Shown: positions 53,336 through 62,100 of the stretch, one piece after another | How positions within the stretch are numbered: the first letter of the stretch is position 1 | Layout: every line of letters begins with the position of its first letter | Origin: Verrucomicrobiota bacterium | GTDB taxonomy: Bacteria > Verrucomicrobiota > Verrucomicrobiia > Limisphaerales > CANJSG01 | Direction of reading: 5' to 3' | Assembly (NCBI GenBank): GCA_038209745.1 | Contig: JBBQXJ010000012.1 | Span: 5,429 to 69,428 of the forward strand | Length of the DNA: 64,000 nucleotides | Position numbers and translations under genes: made by a program | Notes under the pieces: generated by a model | Databases searched by the model: none | Told to the model about the DNA's origin: nothing | The model's input: the letters and a program-made list of their open reading frames with translations, nothing else

Positions 53336-54543
53336 TAAACTTCGTGACGAAGGCCGATGGCCGCACTTTGAAGCATAGGACGCTGGAGCTCATCCGTCGG
53401 TTGGGCGTGAAGCGGGTAGTGGAAGCGGGCGAGGCCCGAGCGTCGCAGCAAGTTTCTTGGGCTGTGCCGCACGAGCATCTACCCTGGGTTGGGAAGATTC
53501 AAAGGGGGCGGATGGAACGCGTTGGCGGAAAGCATTGCGGAAGGCCCTTCCTCCAAACTCTCAGCCGGAACAATGCAGTGGAGACGCCTGGGACTCCCAG
53601 CCGCCCCCGCTGCCGTCCGGCGCGCCCCGAGACTGGCACGAACGCGGTTCGGACACACCAGCCGGCGAATCGTTTCCTGCGCCTCCTCTGGACCGCGAGG
53701 GCGCGATCGACTGCGCCTGGGACGGGCGCGCTCCCCTCATCCCCACTGCAAGGTTCTGGCTCAGAGAAGCAGCGCCAGCAGGTGGGTCGCTGGATCCTCG
53801 GCCAGGATCCACGGCGGCTCGGGTTTGATTTTCGCCTGTGGACCCGGCGAATTATCCATGCATTCGAGAAACCGAAGATGGGCATCAAACCCGGGTTGAC
53901 GGCCGTGGCTCGCTTATTGGCGAGTTTGGACACCACCCCTCAGAACGCCGCTACGCCGGGCCTACGATCGAGACCCTCTCGCGGGCGCCCAGCTGGATGG
54001 AAGAGCCCTGCCCAAGACTCAGGAAGCGTGCGCGCAAGACGGGGGGCGATGATCCTCGTCCCGGATGAGGCAGGATTTTAATCCAACCCGCCGTCGGGCC
54101 GAACTTACGGGTTCAAGGGAACGACCCAAGTCGTCACAACTTCCGCCCAACGGCAATGCATCCACTTGAACAGCGCGGTCAATGCGGGAGGCAAGTTCTG
54201 GGCGGCAAGGTATGGCGGGAAGCTCAACGCCGGATCGTTCGTCTTGTTTCTCTCGAAATTTATGAAGGGACGCAATGGAAAGGTCTTCCTGGTAGCGGAC
54301 GGACATCAGGCCCGCAAAGCCAATGCGGGCAAGGACCGCCTTGCGCCTCTCAACAATCAGTTGGACCTTCACGCACTGCCGCCCTCAGCACCCGACTTCA
54401 ATCCCAACGGGCTCGCGTGGAGACATCTGAAGAGCAACGGAATCTCCAAAAAACCGCGGATGGAAAACGAGCGGAACAAGACTCCTTCGCAATTTAGAGG
54501 GACAAGGATGTGGTCCGCTCCTTCCTCGGAGCCAAAAGCGTAG
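53336..54543 (+). pseudogene. Decayed IS630/Tc1-mariner-family transposase (multiple frameshifts)
   Basis: Family-typical segments are scattered over at least 3 frames. These include an HTH part (LELIRRLGVKRVVEAGEA), ...DPRRLGFDFRLWTRRII...GIKPGLTAVARLL..., AMILVPDEAGF (the DDE D region) and ...KVFLVADGHQARKA...APDFNPNGLAWRHLKSNGISKK. GC content is lower than in the flanks. Confidence 0.8.
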
Positions 54544-54586
54544 CAGATGCCACGGACTGATCATGGGGCGAACCAAAACGGAAAAG

Positions 54587-54615
54587 TGGCGGGAGTGGCG
54601 GGACTCGAACCCGCC
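54587..54615 (-). other. Orphan tRNA 3'-end fragment (T-arm + 3' acceptor strand + encoded CCA) with no 5' half
   Basis: The reverse complement reads GGCGGGTTCGAGTCCCGCCACTCCCGCCA. This parses as T-stem GCGGG, loop TTCGAGT, stem CCCGC, acceptor CACTCCC, discriminator G, then CCA. The required 5' strand GGGRGTG is absent within ~400 nt. The motif GTGGCGGGA is locally duplicated. Confidence 0.6.
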
Positions 54616-55013
54616 CAATAGTTCTTCGTCTGTTTTCGCATCCGTTCGCATCAGTTTCCTCCAAAACGCTTTACTTCGTCTTCCTTGGATCGCCCTCAAA
54701 TCTCCCTTTGCGCAAGCAAGCGCATCGATCCGAACGAACTCTGTCAGGAATTGTCAGGCAATCCATGCAACTTCTACGAAGCCCCGGAAGAAGCCCCCTG
54801 CTCACCTTGTAAGACCCCCGCAGGGTTCTTGGCTAAGCTTTCAGATCGTTCCGGTGAGATACGATTGAATAATTTGGGACGTCTGACGGGTCAGCGTCCG
54901 AGGACCGGAAGATTTGCGAGATACTCTGGAATCCGACTCGCCAATCACCCACCCCACCCGAGACTGCAGCCGGATGTCGTTGAGCAGTTCGGCATCTCCG
55001 TCAAAGGGCAATC

Positions 55014-55775
55014 ATGCGCGAAGCACGTCACAACGAACCTTTGCCTGAAAGACCCGGCTGGTTCGCCACCACCCATTGGACCGTCGTGCTCCGCGCCAAG
55101 TCGGATAACGCGCCCGAGGCTGCCACTGCGCTAAGTTCTCTGTGCGAGACCTACTGGACGCCAGTCTTCGCCCTCATCAAACGAGGAGGACGTTGTCTAG
55201 CTGACACCGAGGATCTCACACAGCAGTTCTTCGCGCGGTTTCTGGCCAAAGAGCAATATCGGCTGGCGATGAGGGAACGGGGGCGATTCCGCTCCTTTCT
55301 CCTGACGGCCGTCAAAAACTTCCTGATCAACGAGCGGGAGCGTGCGTCGGCTCAAAAGAGAGGCGGCGGTCGCATTCCGGAGTCATTGGATGAGTTGGTC
55401 CCCGAGGGCGACCGAGCCCGGATCGAGCCTGCGGATGAGCGCACCGCCGAGCTGCTCTTCGAACAATCCTGGGCGTTGACGTTGTTGGCAAAAGTGCGCG
55501 ACCAGCTCGCGAATGAATACTCGGTTGAAGGCAAGGCGGAGCGGTTTGCCGAATTGGAGAAGTTCCTTCCTGGCGAAGACAGTGCCGACACCTATGCCAA
55601 GGCGGCCGCCCGTCTCGGAGTGGCCGAGGGCACGATCAAATCCGACATGCATCGCTTGAAGCGGCGCTACCGAGAGCTGCTGCGGGCAGAGATCGCCCAC
55701 ACCGTAGAAACCGCGGAGGAGGTGGACGACGAACTGCGCCACCTGATGGCGGTCCTAAGCCAGCCACGAGGATGA
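55014..55775 (+). CDS. ECF-type RNA polymerase sigma factor of the Ser/Thr-kinase-associated type (ECF43-like)
   Basis: 253 aa with the N-terminal FATTHWTVV motif, a sigma-2 region (DLTQQFFARFL) and a sigma-4 HTH (AAARLGVAEGTIKSDMHRLKRRYRELL). There is no adjacent anti-sigma gene. An STK gene lies 107 nt downstream. Confidence 0.85.
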   Translation: MREARHNEPLPERPGWFATTHWTVVLRAKSDNAPEAATALSSLCETYWTPVFALIKRGGRCLADTEDLTQQFFARFLAKEQYRLAMRERGRFRSFLLTAVKNFLINERERASAQKRGGGRIPESLDELVPEGDRARIEPADERTAELLFEQSWALTLLAKVRDQLANEYSVEGKAERFAELEKFLPGEDSADTYAKAAARLGVAEGTIKSDMHRLKRRYRELLRAEIAHTVETAEEVDDELRHLMAVLSQPRG

Positions 55776-55882
55776 TTCTCCGCGCGCTCCTCGCCGGCAC
55801 CGCCAACTTTCTTTGCAACCATTCAGGCGATTTCCGGCAATGAAAGGGTGACGGATGCCACGACGGCGTCTCTCGACCACCT

Positions 55883-58800
55883 ATGAACCGATGTTGCAAC
55901 CAATGCGGGGACGATCTGATCGATGGCACGGAGGGGCGGCGCTGTCCCAAGTGCATCCTCGCTCTGGCATTGGAACCGGAGGACGACGAACGGCCATCGT
56001 TCCTCGCCATCGGGACTCGCTTCGGCGGCTACGAATTGCTGGAGGAAATTGCCCGGGGAGGCATGGGCGTCGTCTATAAGGCGAAGCAGGTCGCGTTGAA
56101 CCGGGTCGTCGCGCTCAAACTCATCCTGTCGGGTCAATTCGCCAGCAAACAGGAGGTGCTGCGGTTCAGGTTGGAAGCCGAGGCGGCGGCCAACCTGCGG
56201 CATCCGAACATCGTCGCGATCTACGAGACCGGTGAGGAACTCGGCCAGCAGTTCTTCTCCATGGAATTCGTGGAGGGACGGACGCTGACGGACATCGTTC
56301 ACGACGGCCTGCTTCAGCCGAAGCGCGCCGCGACCTACGCCGAAACGATCGCCCGGGCGATCCAACACGCGCACGAACAGGGCACGGTGCATCGGGATCT
56401 GAAGCCTTCGAACGTGATGATCGACGTCGCCGGGCAGGTGCGCGTGACCGATTTCGGGCTGGCCAAGCGCCTTCAAGACGATCCCGAACTCACGGCCACC
56501 GGCCAAGTGATGGGGTCCCCGAGCTTCATGCCGCCGGAGCAGTCGTCCGGCGCCCGCTCGGCTTTGGGGCCGGCTGCCGACGTCTATGGGATCGGCGCGA
56601 TTCTCTATTATCTGCTCACAGGTCGGCCTCCGTTCCAGGCCGCGACGATGGCGGAAATCGTCCGGCAATTGCATGAGCAGGATCCGGTGCCGCCTCGCCT
56701 GCTCGTTCCAAACATTGCCCAGGATCTCCAGACGATCGTCCTGAAGTGCCTGGAGAAAGATCCGGCCAAGCGCTTCGCCACCGCCGCCGAACTGGCCGAA
56801 GAACTGGGTCGATTCCTGCGTGATGAACCGGTTCGGGCCCGGCCGGTCGGAGCGCTCGAAAAGGCGTGGCGCTGGTGTCGGCGCAAGCCGGTCGTGGCGG
56901 CTCTGCTGATCGCGCTCGGGCTTGCCCTGCTATCGGGGACCGGAGGCGTGCTCTGGCAGTGGCGTCATGCGACGACCAGCGCCCGGGCGCTCCGTCACGG
57001 GCTCTACTCGGCGGACATCAACCTGGCATCGCACCTTCGGACCGATCGGGACATAAACCGCGCCGTCGGCCTGCTCCTGCGGCATGTTCCAAAGCGAGGA
57101 GAAGAGGACCTGCGAGGGTTCGAGTGGCGTCTGTTGTGGGAGCAGTGCCAAGGCGAAGAAACGGATTCGATCATGGCCCATGACGGGGACGTCGACTCCC
57201 TCGCCTTGACCCCGGACGGTGAACACTTCCTGACGACCGGAAGCGACCACACCGCCAAGCTTTGGAACCTCCGGACGCTGAAGCTGGAGAGAATCTTGAA
57301 AACCCTGCCCGGAAAGCCGCCCCTACATTCCGTGGCGGTAAGCGCCGACGGCGGAAAAGCCGCAGTGTGCGACGGCCTAACCGTGACCGTATTGGAAACC
57401 AAGGGCTGGTCTGAAATCAAAACCCTGGCCGTGCCCACGTTGGCTGTGGCGTTTTCGCCGAAGACCGGTGCGCTGATGACCAGCGCCGGAGCCGACATCA
57501 AGGCGTGGGATCCCAACACCTGGATCGCGCAAACCTTGGTGGACGGCCCTCTGGAACTCTTCGCGTTCAGTCCGGACGGCCGCTTGCTGGCGGTTGCGCG
57601 GGGAGAAGACCTCGAACTGCACGATGGTTCGAACGGCCGACTGCTGGTTCGGTTGCCCGGGAAAATCGAGAACCATGCCTATGCCCTGGCCTTTTCGCCC
57701 GATGGCCGCTTCGTCGCCGCCGGAGGGATGTATGGCGGCGTGATCGTTTGGGACGTTGCTGCGGAAAAGGTCGTCGCGAAGGCCAGCGCCCACACCAGCT
57801 TCGTGAGCGGCCTCGCCTTCTCCCCGGACGGACGCTGGCTTGCCACCGGCGGAAGCGATCAGTTCCTGACAATCGGAAGGGTGTCCGATTGGCACAAGGA
57901 AGCGGATCTCTACGGTCACAAAAACGGCGTCTTCGATCTCACCTTCACTCCGGATGGTCGCCGCCTGGTTTCGGCCAGCCGCGACCACACGGTGAAGTTC
58001 TGGAAGGTCCCGGTGGAACCGAACGCCTCGATGTTGGGCGACGCGCAGGCCCTCATCGGGTTCACGGCGGACAGCAGGACGGCCGTCACGCTGGACACGG
58101 ATGCAACCCTCCGGCAGTGGGATGTGGCGTCCCTGGACGAAATCAAACGGAACAAGCTCTCCGCCCAAGTTCGGGCCACCGCCGGCACCGTCGCGCCTGA
58201 CGGAAAAACGGTGGCGATCGGCTATGAAGACGGCTTCGTGGAGTTTCGCGATCTGCCGACCTCCGATTTGCTCCATCGGGGGAACGGCGGGACCAACGCA
58301 GTTTGCTTACTGCAGTTTTCTCCCGACGGCAGAGTCGCCGCGGGCACCGGTATTTTCCTGCACGGCCTCCCGACCACCAGTGGAATTCTCGGACTCTGGG
58401 ACGTGGCCACCGGGGACCGGTTGACCAAACTCGAGGAGTCACTGGGCGGTTCGGCCAGCGGGATCTCTTTTTCCCACGACGGACAATTGATCGCGATCAG
58501 CCGGCCCGACCTATCGATCTTGATCTGGGACCGGGTCCGCAACAAACCACTCCGCACGCTCACCGGCCATACTTGGGATGTGTCGTCGGTAACGTTCTCG
58601 CCCGACGACCGGACGCTGGCCTCGTCGAGCTGGGACACCACCGTCCGGCTCTGGGATGTGGCCACGGGCCGGGAGATCGCGCAATTCGCCGGGCTGCCCG
58701 TGGGAGCGGGACCGGCGTGCTTTTCGCCGGACGGCCGGACCCTCGCCGCCACGTTCGTGGGCAACGCCATTGAACTCTGGCACATGTCGAACCAACAGGA

Positions 58801-58963
58801 GCTGCTCACGCTCAAATGGTCCGGGCGCTTCATCGGGCCGCTGCTGTTCTCGCCGGATGGCACGACGATGGGGGTGGGTCGGTTGCTACCCATTAGCCCC
58901 GACGGAGGGGTCCAGCTCTGGCGCGCCCCGGTCGTTAAATCCGCGGCCCTTCCGCCCCGCTGA
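55883..58963 (+). CDS. Ser/Thr protein kinase with an N-terminal zinc ribbon, one TM helix and a long WD40 beta-propeller array
   Basis: CCNQCG...CPKC zinc ribbon. Kinase motifs IARGGMGVVYKAKQ, HRDLKPSNV, DFG and PPE. TM helix VVAALLIALGLALL. Then at least 12 WD40-type repeats (e.g. GHTWDVSSVTFSPDDRTLASSSWDTTVRLWD). Confidence 0.9.
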   Translation: MNRCCNQCGDDLIDGTEGRRCPKCILALALEPEDDERPSFLAIGTRFGGYELLEEIARGGMGVVYKAKQVALNRVVALKLILSGQFASKQEVLRFRLEAEAAANLRHPNIVAIYETGEELGQQFFSMEFVEGRTLTDIVHDGLLQPKRAATYAETIARAIQHAHEQGTVHRDLKPSNVMIDVAGQVRVTDFGLAKRLQDDPELTATGQVMGSPSFMPPEQSSGARSALGPAADVYGIGAILYYLLTGRPPFQAATMAEIVRQLHEQDPVPPRLLVPNIAQDLQTIVLKCLEKDPAKRFATAAELAEELGRFLRDEPVRARPVGALEKAWRWCRRKPVVAALLIALGLALLSGTGGVLWQWRHATTSARALRHGLYSADINLASHLRTDRDINRAVGLLLRHVPKRGEEDLRGFEWRLLWEQCQGEETDSIMAHDGDVDSLALTPDGEHFLTTGSDHTAKLWNLRTLKLERILKTLPGKPPLHSVAVSADGGKAAVCDGLTVTVLETKGWSEIKTLAVPTLAVAFSPKTGALMTSAGADIKAWDPNTWIAQTLVDGPLELFAFSPDGRLLAVARGEDLELHDGSNGRLLVRLPGKIENHAYALAFSPDGRFVAAGGMYGGVIVWDVAAEKVVAKASAHTSFVSGLAFSPDGRWLATGGSDQFLTIGRVSDWHKEADLYGHKNGVFDLTFTPDGRRLVSASRDHTVKFWKVPVEPNASMLGDAQALIGFTADSRTAVTLDTDATLRQWDVASLDEIKRNKLSAQVRATAGTVAPDGKTVAIGYEDGFVEFRDLPTSDLLHRGNGGTNAVCLLQFSPDGRVAAGTGIFLHGLPTTSGILGLWDVATGDRLTKLEESLGGSASGISFSHDGQLIAISRPDLSILIWDRVRNKPLRTLTGHTWDVSSVTFSPDDRTLASSSWDTTVRLWDVATGREIAQFAGLPVGAGPACFSPDGRTLAATFVGNAIELWHMSNQQELLTLKWSGRFIGPLLFSPDGTTMGVGRLLPISPDGGVQLWRAPVVKSAALPPR

Positions 58964-59152
58964 GTTCATCGACTTGGTCGGTGCCGGTCCTCAAACCGAA
59001 TTCGCGTTGGGCTTGGTTTCCCCGGTAGAGCCGCGCCGCCGACTTTCTCCGACTCCCTGCAACCTTTGAGAAAGCTTCCTGTAACTCTCCCCAGAAGGCT
59101 TCGGGCCTTCGTTCTGCAAACAGACGCGTTTCAACCTGAAAACCCAACTGCC

Positions 59153-62100
59153 GTGAAAAACGTAGATTCAAGAACCAAGCTCGTCCGGCCGAGACGCCCT
59201 GGCTTCATTCACTGCCTCGTGGCCTCGCTGATCGTGGCGGCCTTGGTGGGAGCGCTGCCCGCCGCCGCCGCTCCTGCCTTCGACCACCCGGTTCGGTATT
59301 CGGCCGGTGGGTATCACAACTACGGCGTGGCCGTGGGCGATTTCAACGGGGACGGACGCCCAGATCTCGTCACGGTATCCGCTTTGTCGAGCGAGTTGTC
59401 GGTCCTGCTCAATCGCGGCGACGGAACCTACGATCCGGAGGTTCGTTTCCCTTCGGACAATGCGGACCGCCAGCTTCAGGCCGTGGGAGTGGCCGACATG
59501 AACGGCGACGGGAAGCTCGACGTGGTAGCAGTCGGCGAAAGTCCGGAGGGAGTGGTGGTTTTTCTGGGACGAGGCGACGGGACGTTTGATGTCGGACGAG
59601 GCTTTCCCTGTGGAAGCGTCAACAATCGCTTCTTGGCGATCGCGGATTTCAACGAGGATGGATCGCCGGATGTCGTGGTCGTCTCAAGCGGAAACTCCAT
59701 GGTCGCTGCGGCGGCGAGCCTGTTGTATGGCAGCAAGGACGGAACTTTTTTTCTCAAGGACACGTTTGTTTGGGCCCCAAACTCCCATCTTCCAGCGGGC
59801 ACCGGCGTGGCAGTGGCCGACTTCAATCGAGATGGTCACGCGGACCTGGCCATCGCCAATGCCTCTGGTCCGACGTCCGTTTTGTTGGGACACGGTGACG
59901 GAACCTTCAGTCTCCAGGCCGACTTGTCTGCGGATCCCGGCCTTTGGCAGGCCATCTGTGTGGCCGATCTGAATCGGGACGGGATTCCTGATCTTGCTGG
60001 CATCGCCCTCTTGTTGAATCCGGCCACGCAGTCTTTCCGGTCCGTTGTCGTCGCGGCCCTTGGGCATGGCGATGGAACGTTCGAGCCCGTTGCTCAGTAT
60101 TCCATCCTCTCTGATTCCAGGGCCGGCATTGCTGTCGGCGACTTTGACGGCGGTGGACCCGACATCGCCGTAGCCGGCTACGACGGACGGGTCGAGGTGT
60201 ATTCAAACCGAGGTGACGGCACTTTCCAGGACGGCACTTTCCGGCATCCGGCCGACAGTTTTTATCTGGGTGGTTCGCGGGCCGACAACCTCTTGGCGGT
60301 CGATCTGAACGGGGATGGGCGGCCCGACCTCGCCGTGTCCACGCAGGAACTTGCCGGCTCACCGGCCGGCCTGGTTGTTCTCAAAAACACCACGGCGAAA
60401 CGCCTCGCCAGTCTGGTTTTGACGAGCCCGGTCGCCGTTGAACTCGGCGCGAGATTCTCCATGACGGTCACGGCCTACGACCAGTTCGGAGCCCCATTTC
60501 CGGATTATCGCGGGACAGTCTATTTCTTCTCCTCGGACAAGTCGGACTGCGGACAGGTGCCGGCCGACTACACCTTCAACGCGGCCGACGGCGGCACCCA
60601 CGTCTTCACTGATGAGGCGACCCTGTTGAGCAGCGGCCAGCGGACGGTGACGGCCGTGGACGCGATGGTGCCCGCCTTGCAGGACTCCCGCGATGTCACA
60701 GTCTCCGAGGGTCTGACCGTCACGACGGCGTCCGATGAAACCTCGAACAACGGCCAGGTGTCGCTTCGCGAAGCGATCCTGCGGGCCAACCAAACGCCCC
60801 GGTCCGCAGTGAAGCCTGCGGTCATCCGGTTCAACCTCTGTCCCGCCACCGACGAGACGCTGGTGCTGGCTCCCCTGTCTGAATTGCCAGCGGTCCAAGG
60901 GGCCGTCGTGATCGACGGATTTTCCCAACCCGGGGCGAGGCCGAACACCTTGGCCATCGGTGACAACGCCTTGCGCCGCATCGTTCTCGAAGGCAAGCAG
61001 ACCGGCAGCGGAGCCAACGGTCTGACATTGGAGGGGGCGGCCGAGGTGCGCGGCCTGGAGATCCGTGCGTTCGATGCGAGGGGCATCCACGTGAACAAGA
61101 GCGATGGCGGCGTCATCCGGGGCAACCACATCCATGACAATCTGACCGACGGCATCGACCTCGAGTCCGGCAACTGGACGGTGGGCGGGAACCGGCCCGA
61201 AGACCGGAACCTCGTTTCCGGCAACCGCTCCTCGGGAATCCTGGTCCACGACGACGATCCCGGAAATCTGGGACACCGAATCCTGGGCAACTACATCGGC
61301 ACCGACCACCAAGGATCGAACGCGATTGCCGGCCAGTGGTCGGGCGGCATCGTGATCATCGGCTCTGCCAACACCGTGGTGGGAGGCAATGGTGCGTCGG
61401 CGCGGAACGTGATCTCCGGCAATTCCGGTCCCGGGATCGTCGTGACGGGGAACTCCACCGACACGGTCCTGCGTGGCAACTTCGTCGGCCCTTCCGCCAG
61501 CGGTGTTCTCGCCTTGGGCAACAGCATGGGCATCGTGGTCTCCAATGCTCTGCGGACGGTGGTCGGCGGTGCCACGCTGGGCGACGGAAACACTCTCTCG
61601 GGAAATGCCCTCCACGGTCTGGTCGTGGCGAGGGGTTCCCAGAACACGCTGATCCAGGGCAATCGGGTGGGGTTGGTCCCTTCCGGAAAGTTCGCCCTGC
61701 CAAACGGAGGCGACGGGATCGCGGTGCTGGAGAACGCGCTCGACACCATGATCGGTGGCGGACCCGAGACGGCAGTGAATCTGATCTCCGGAAACCACGC
61801 GAACGGCATCCGCCTGAGCGGGGGCAGCCGCACCCAGCTTCTTTGCAATGACATTGGTCCTGCCGACAAAGACGGTGCGGCGCTGGGCAATGGCGGCTAC
61901 GGCATCGCCATCGTGCCTGATCCGCTGCATCCGGGATCGCCCGATGGCAATGTGATCGGGGGCATTCTTCCCGGAATGCAAAACGTGATCGCGTTCAATG
62001 CCAGGGGAGGAATCGGAGCCACGACCGGATTGAAGAACAGCATCCGGGGCAACTCGATCTTCGGCAACGGCGGTCTGGGCATCGACCTCGGCACCGCCGG

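Noticed and set aside
53314-53337. The hairpin TACCCTC-TTGAATCAAG-GAGGGTA as the terminal inverted repeat of the IS630 element.
   Set aside because: No matching inverted copy and no TA duplication could be identified at the other end (~54545-54580). The element is too decayed to define its ends by eye.
54587-54960. Whether the tRNA-like 3' end belongs to an intact tRNA, tRNA-Sec (G discriminator) or tmRNA.
   Set aside because: No GGGRGTG 5' acceptor strand, D-arm or anticodon stem could be found upstream on the minus strand. The acceptor has U at position 69 rather than the G3:U70 pair, and a G rather than A discriminator, which argues against tmRNA. It is treated as a fragment.
54685-55134. 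A 149-aa ORF overlapping the start of the ECF sigma gene.
   Set aside because: It is Cys/Pro-rich with no motif. It overlaps a well-supported gene and lies in the decayed IS/tRNA-scar region.
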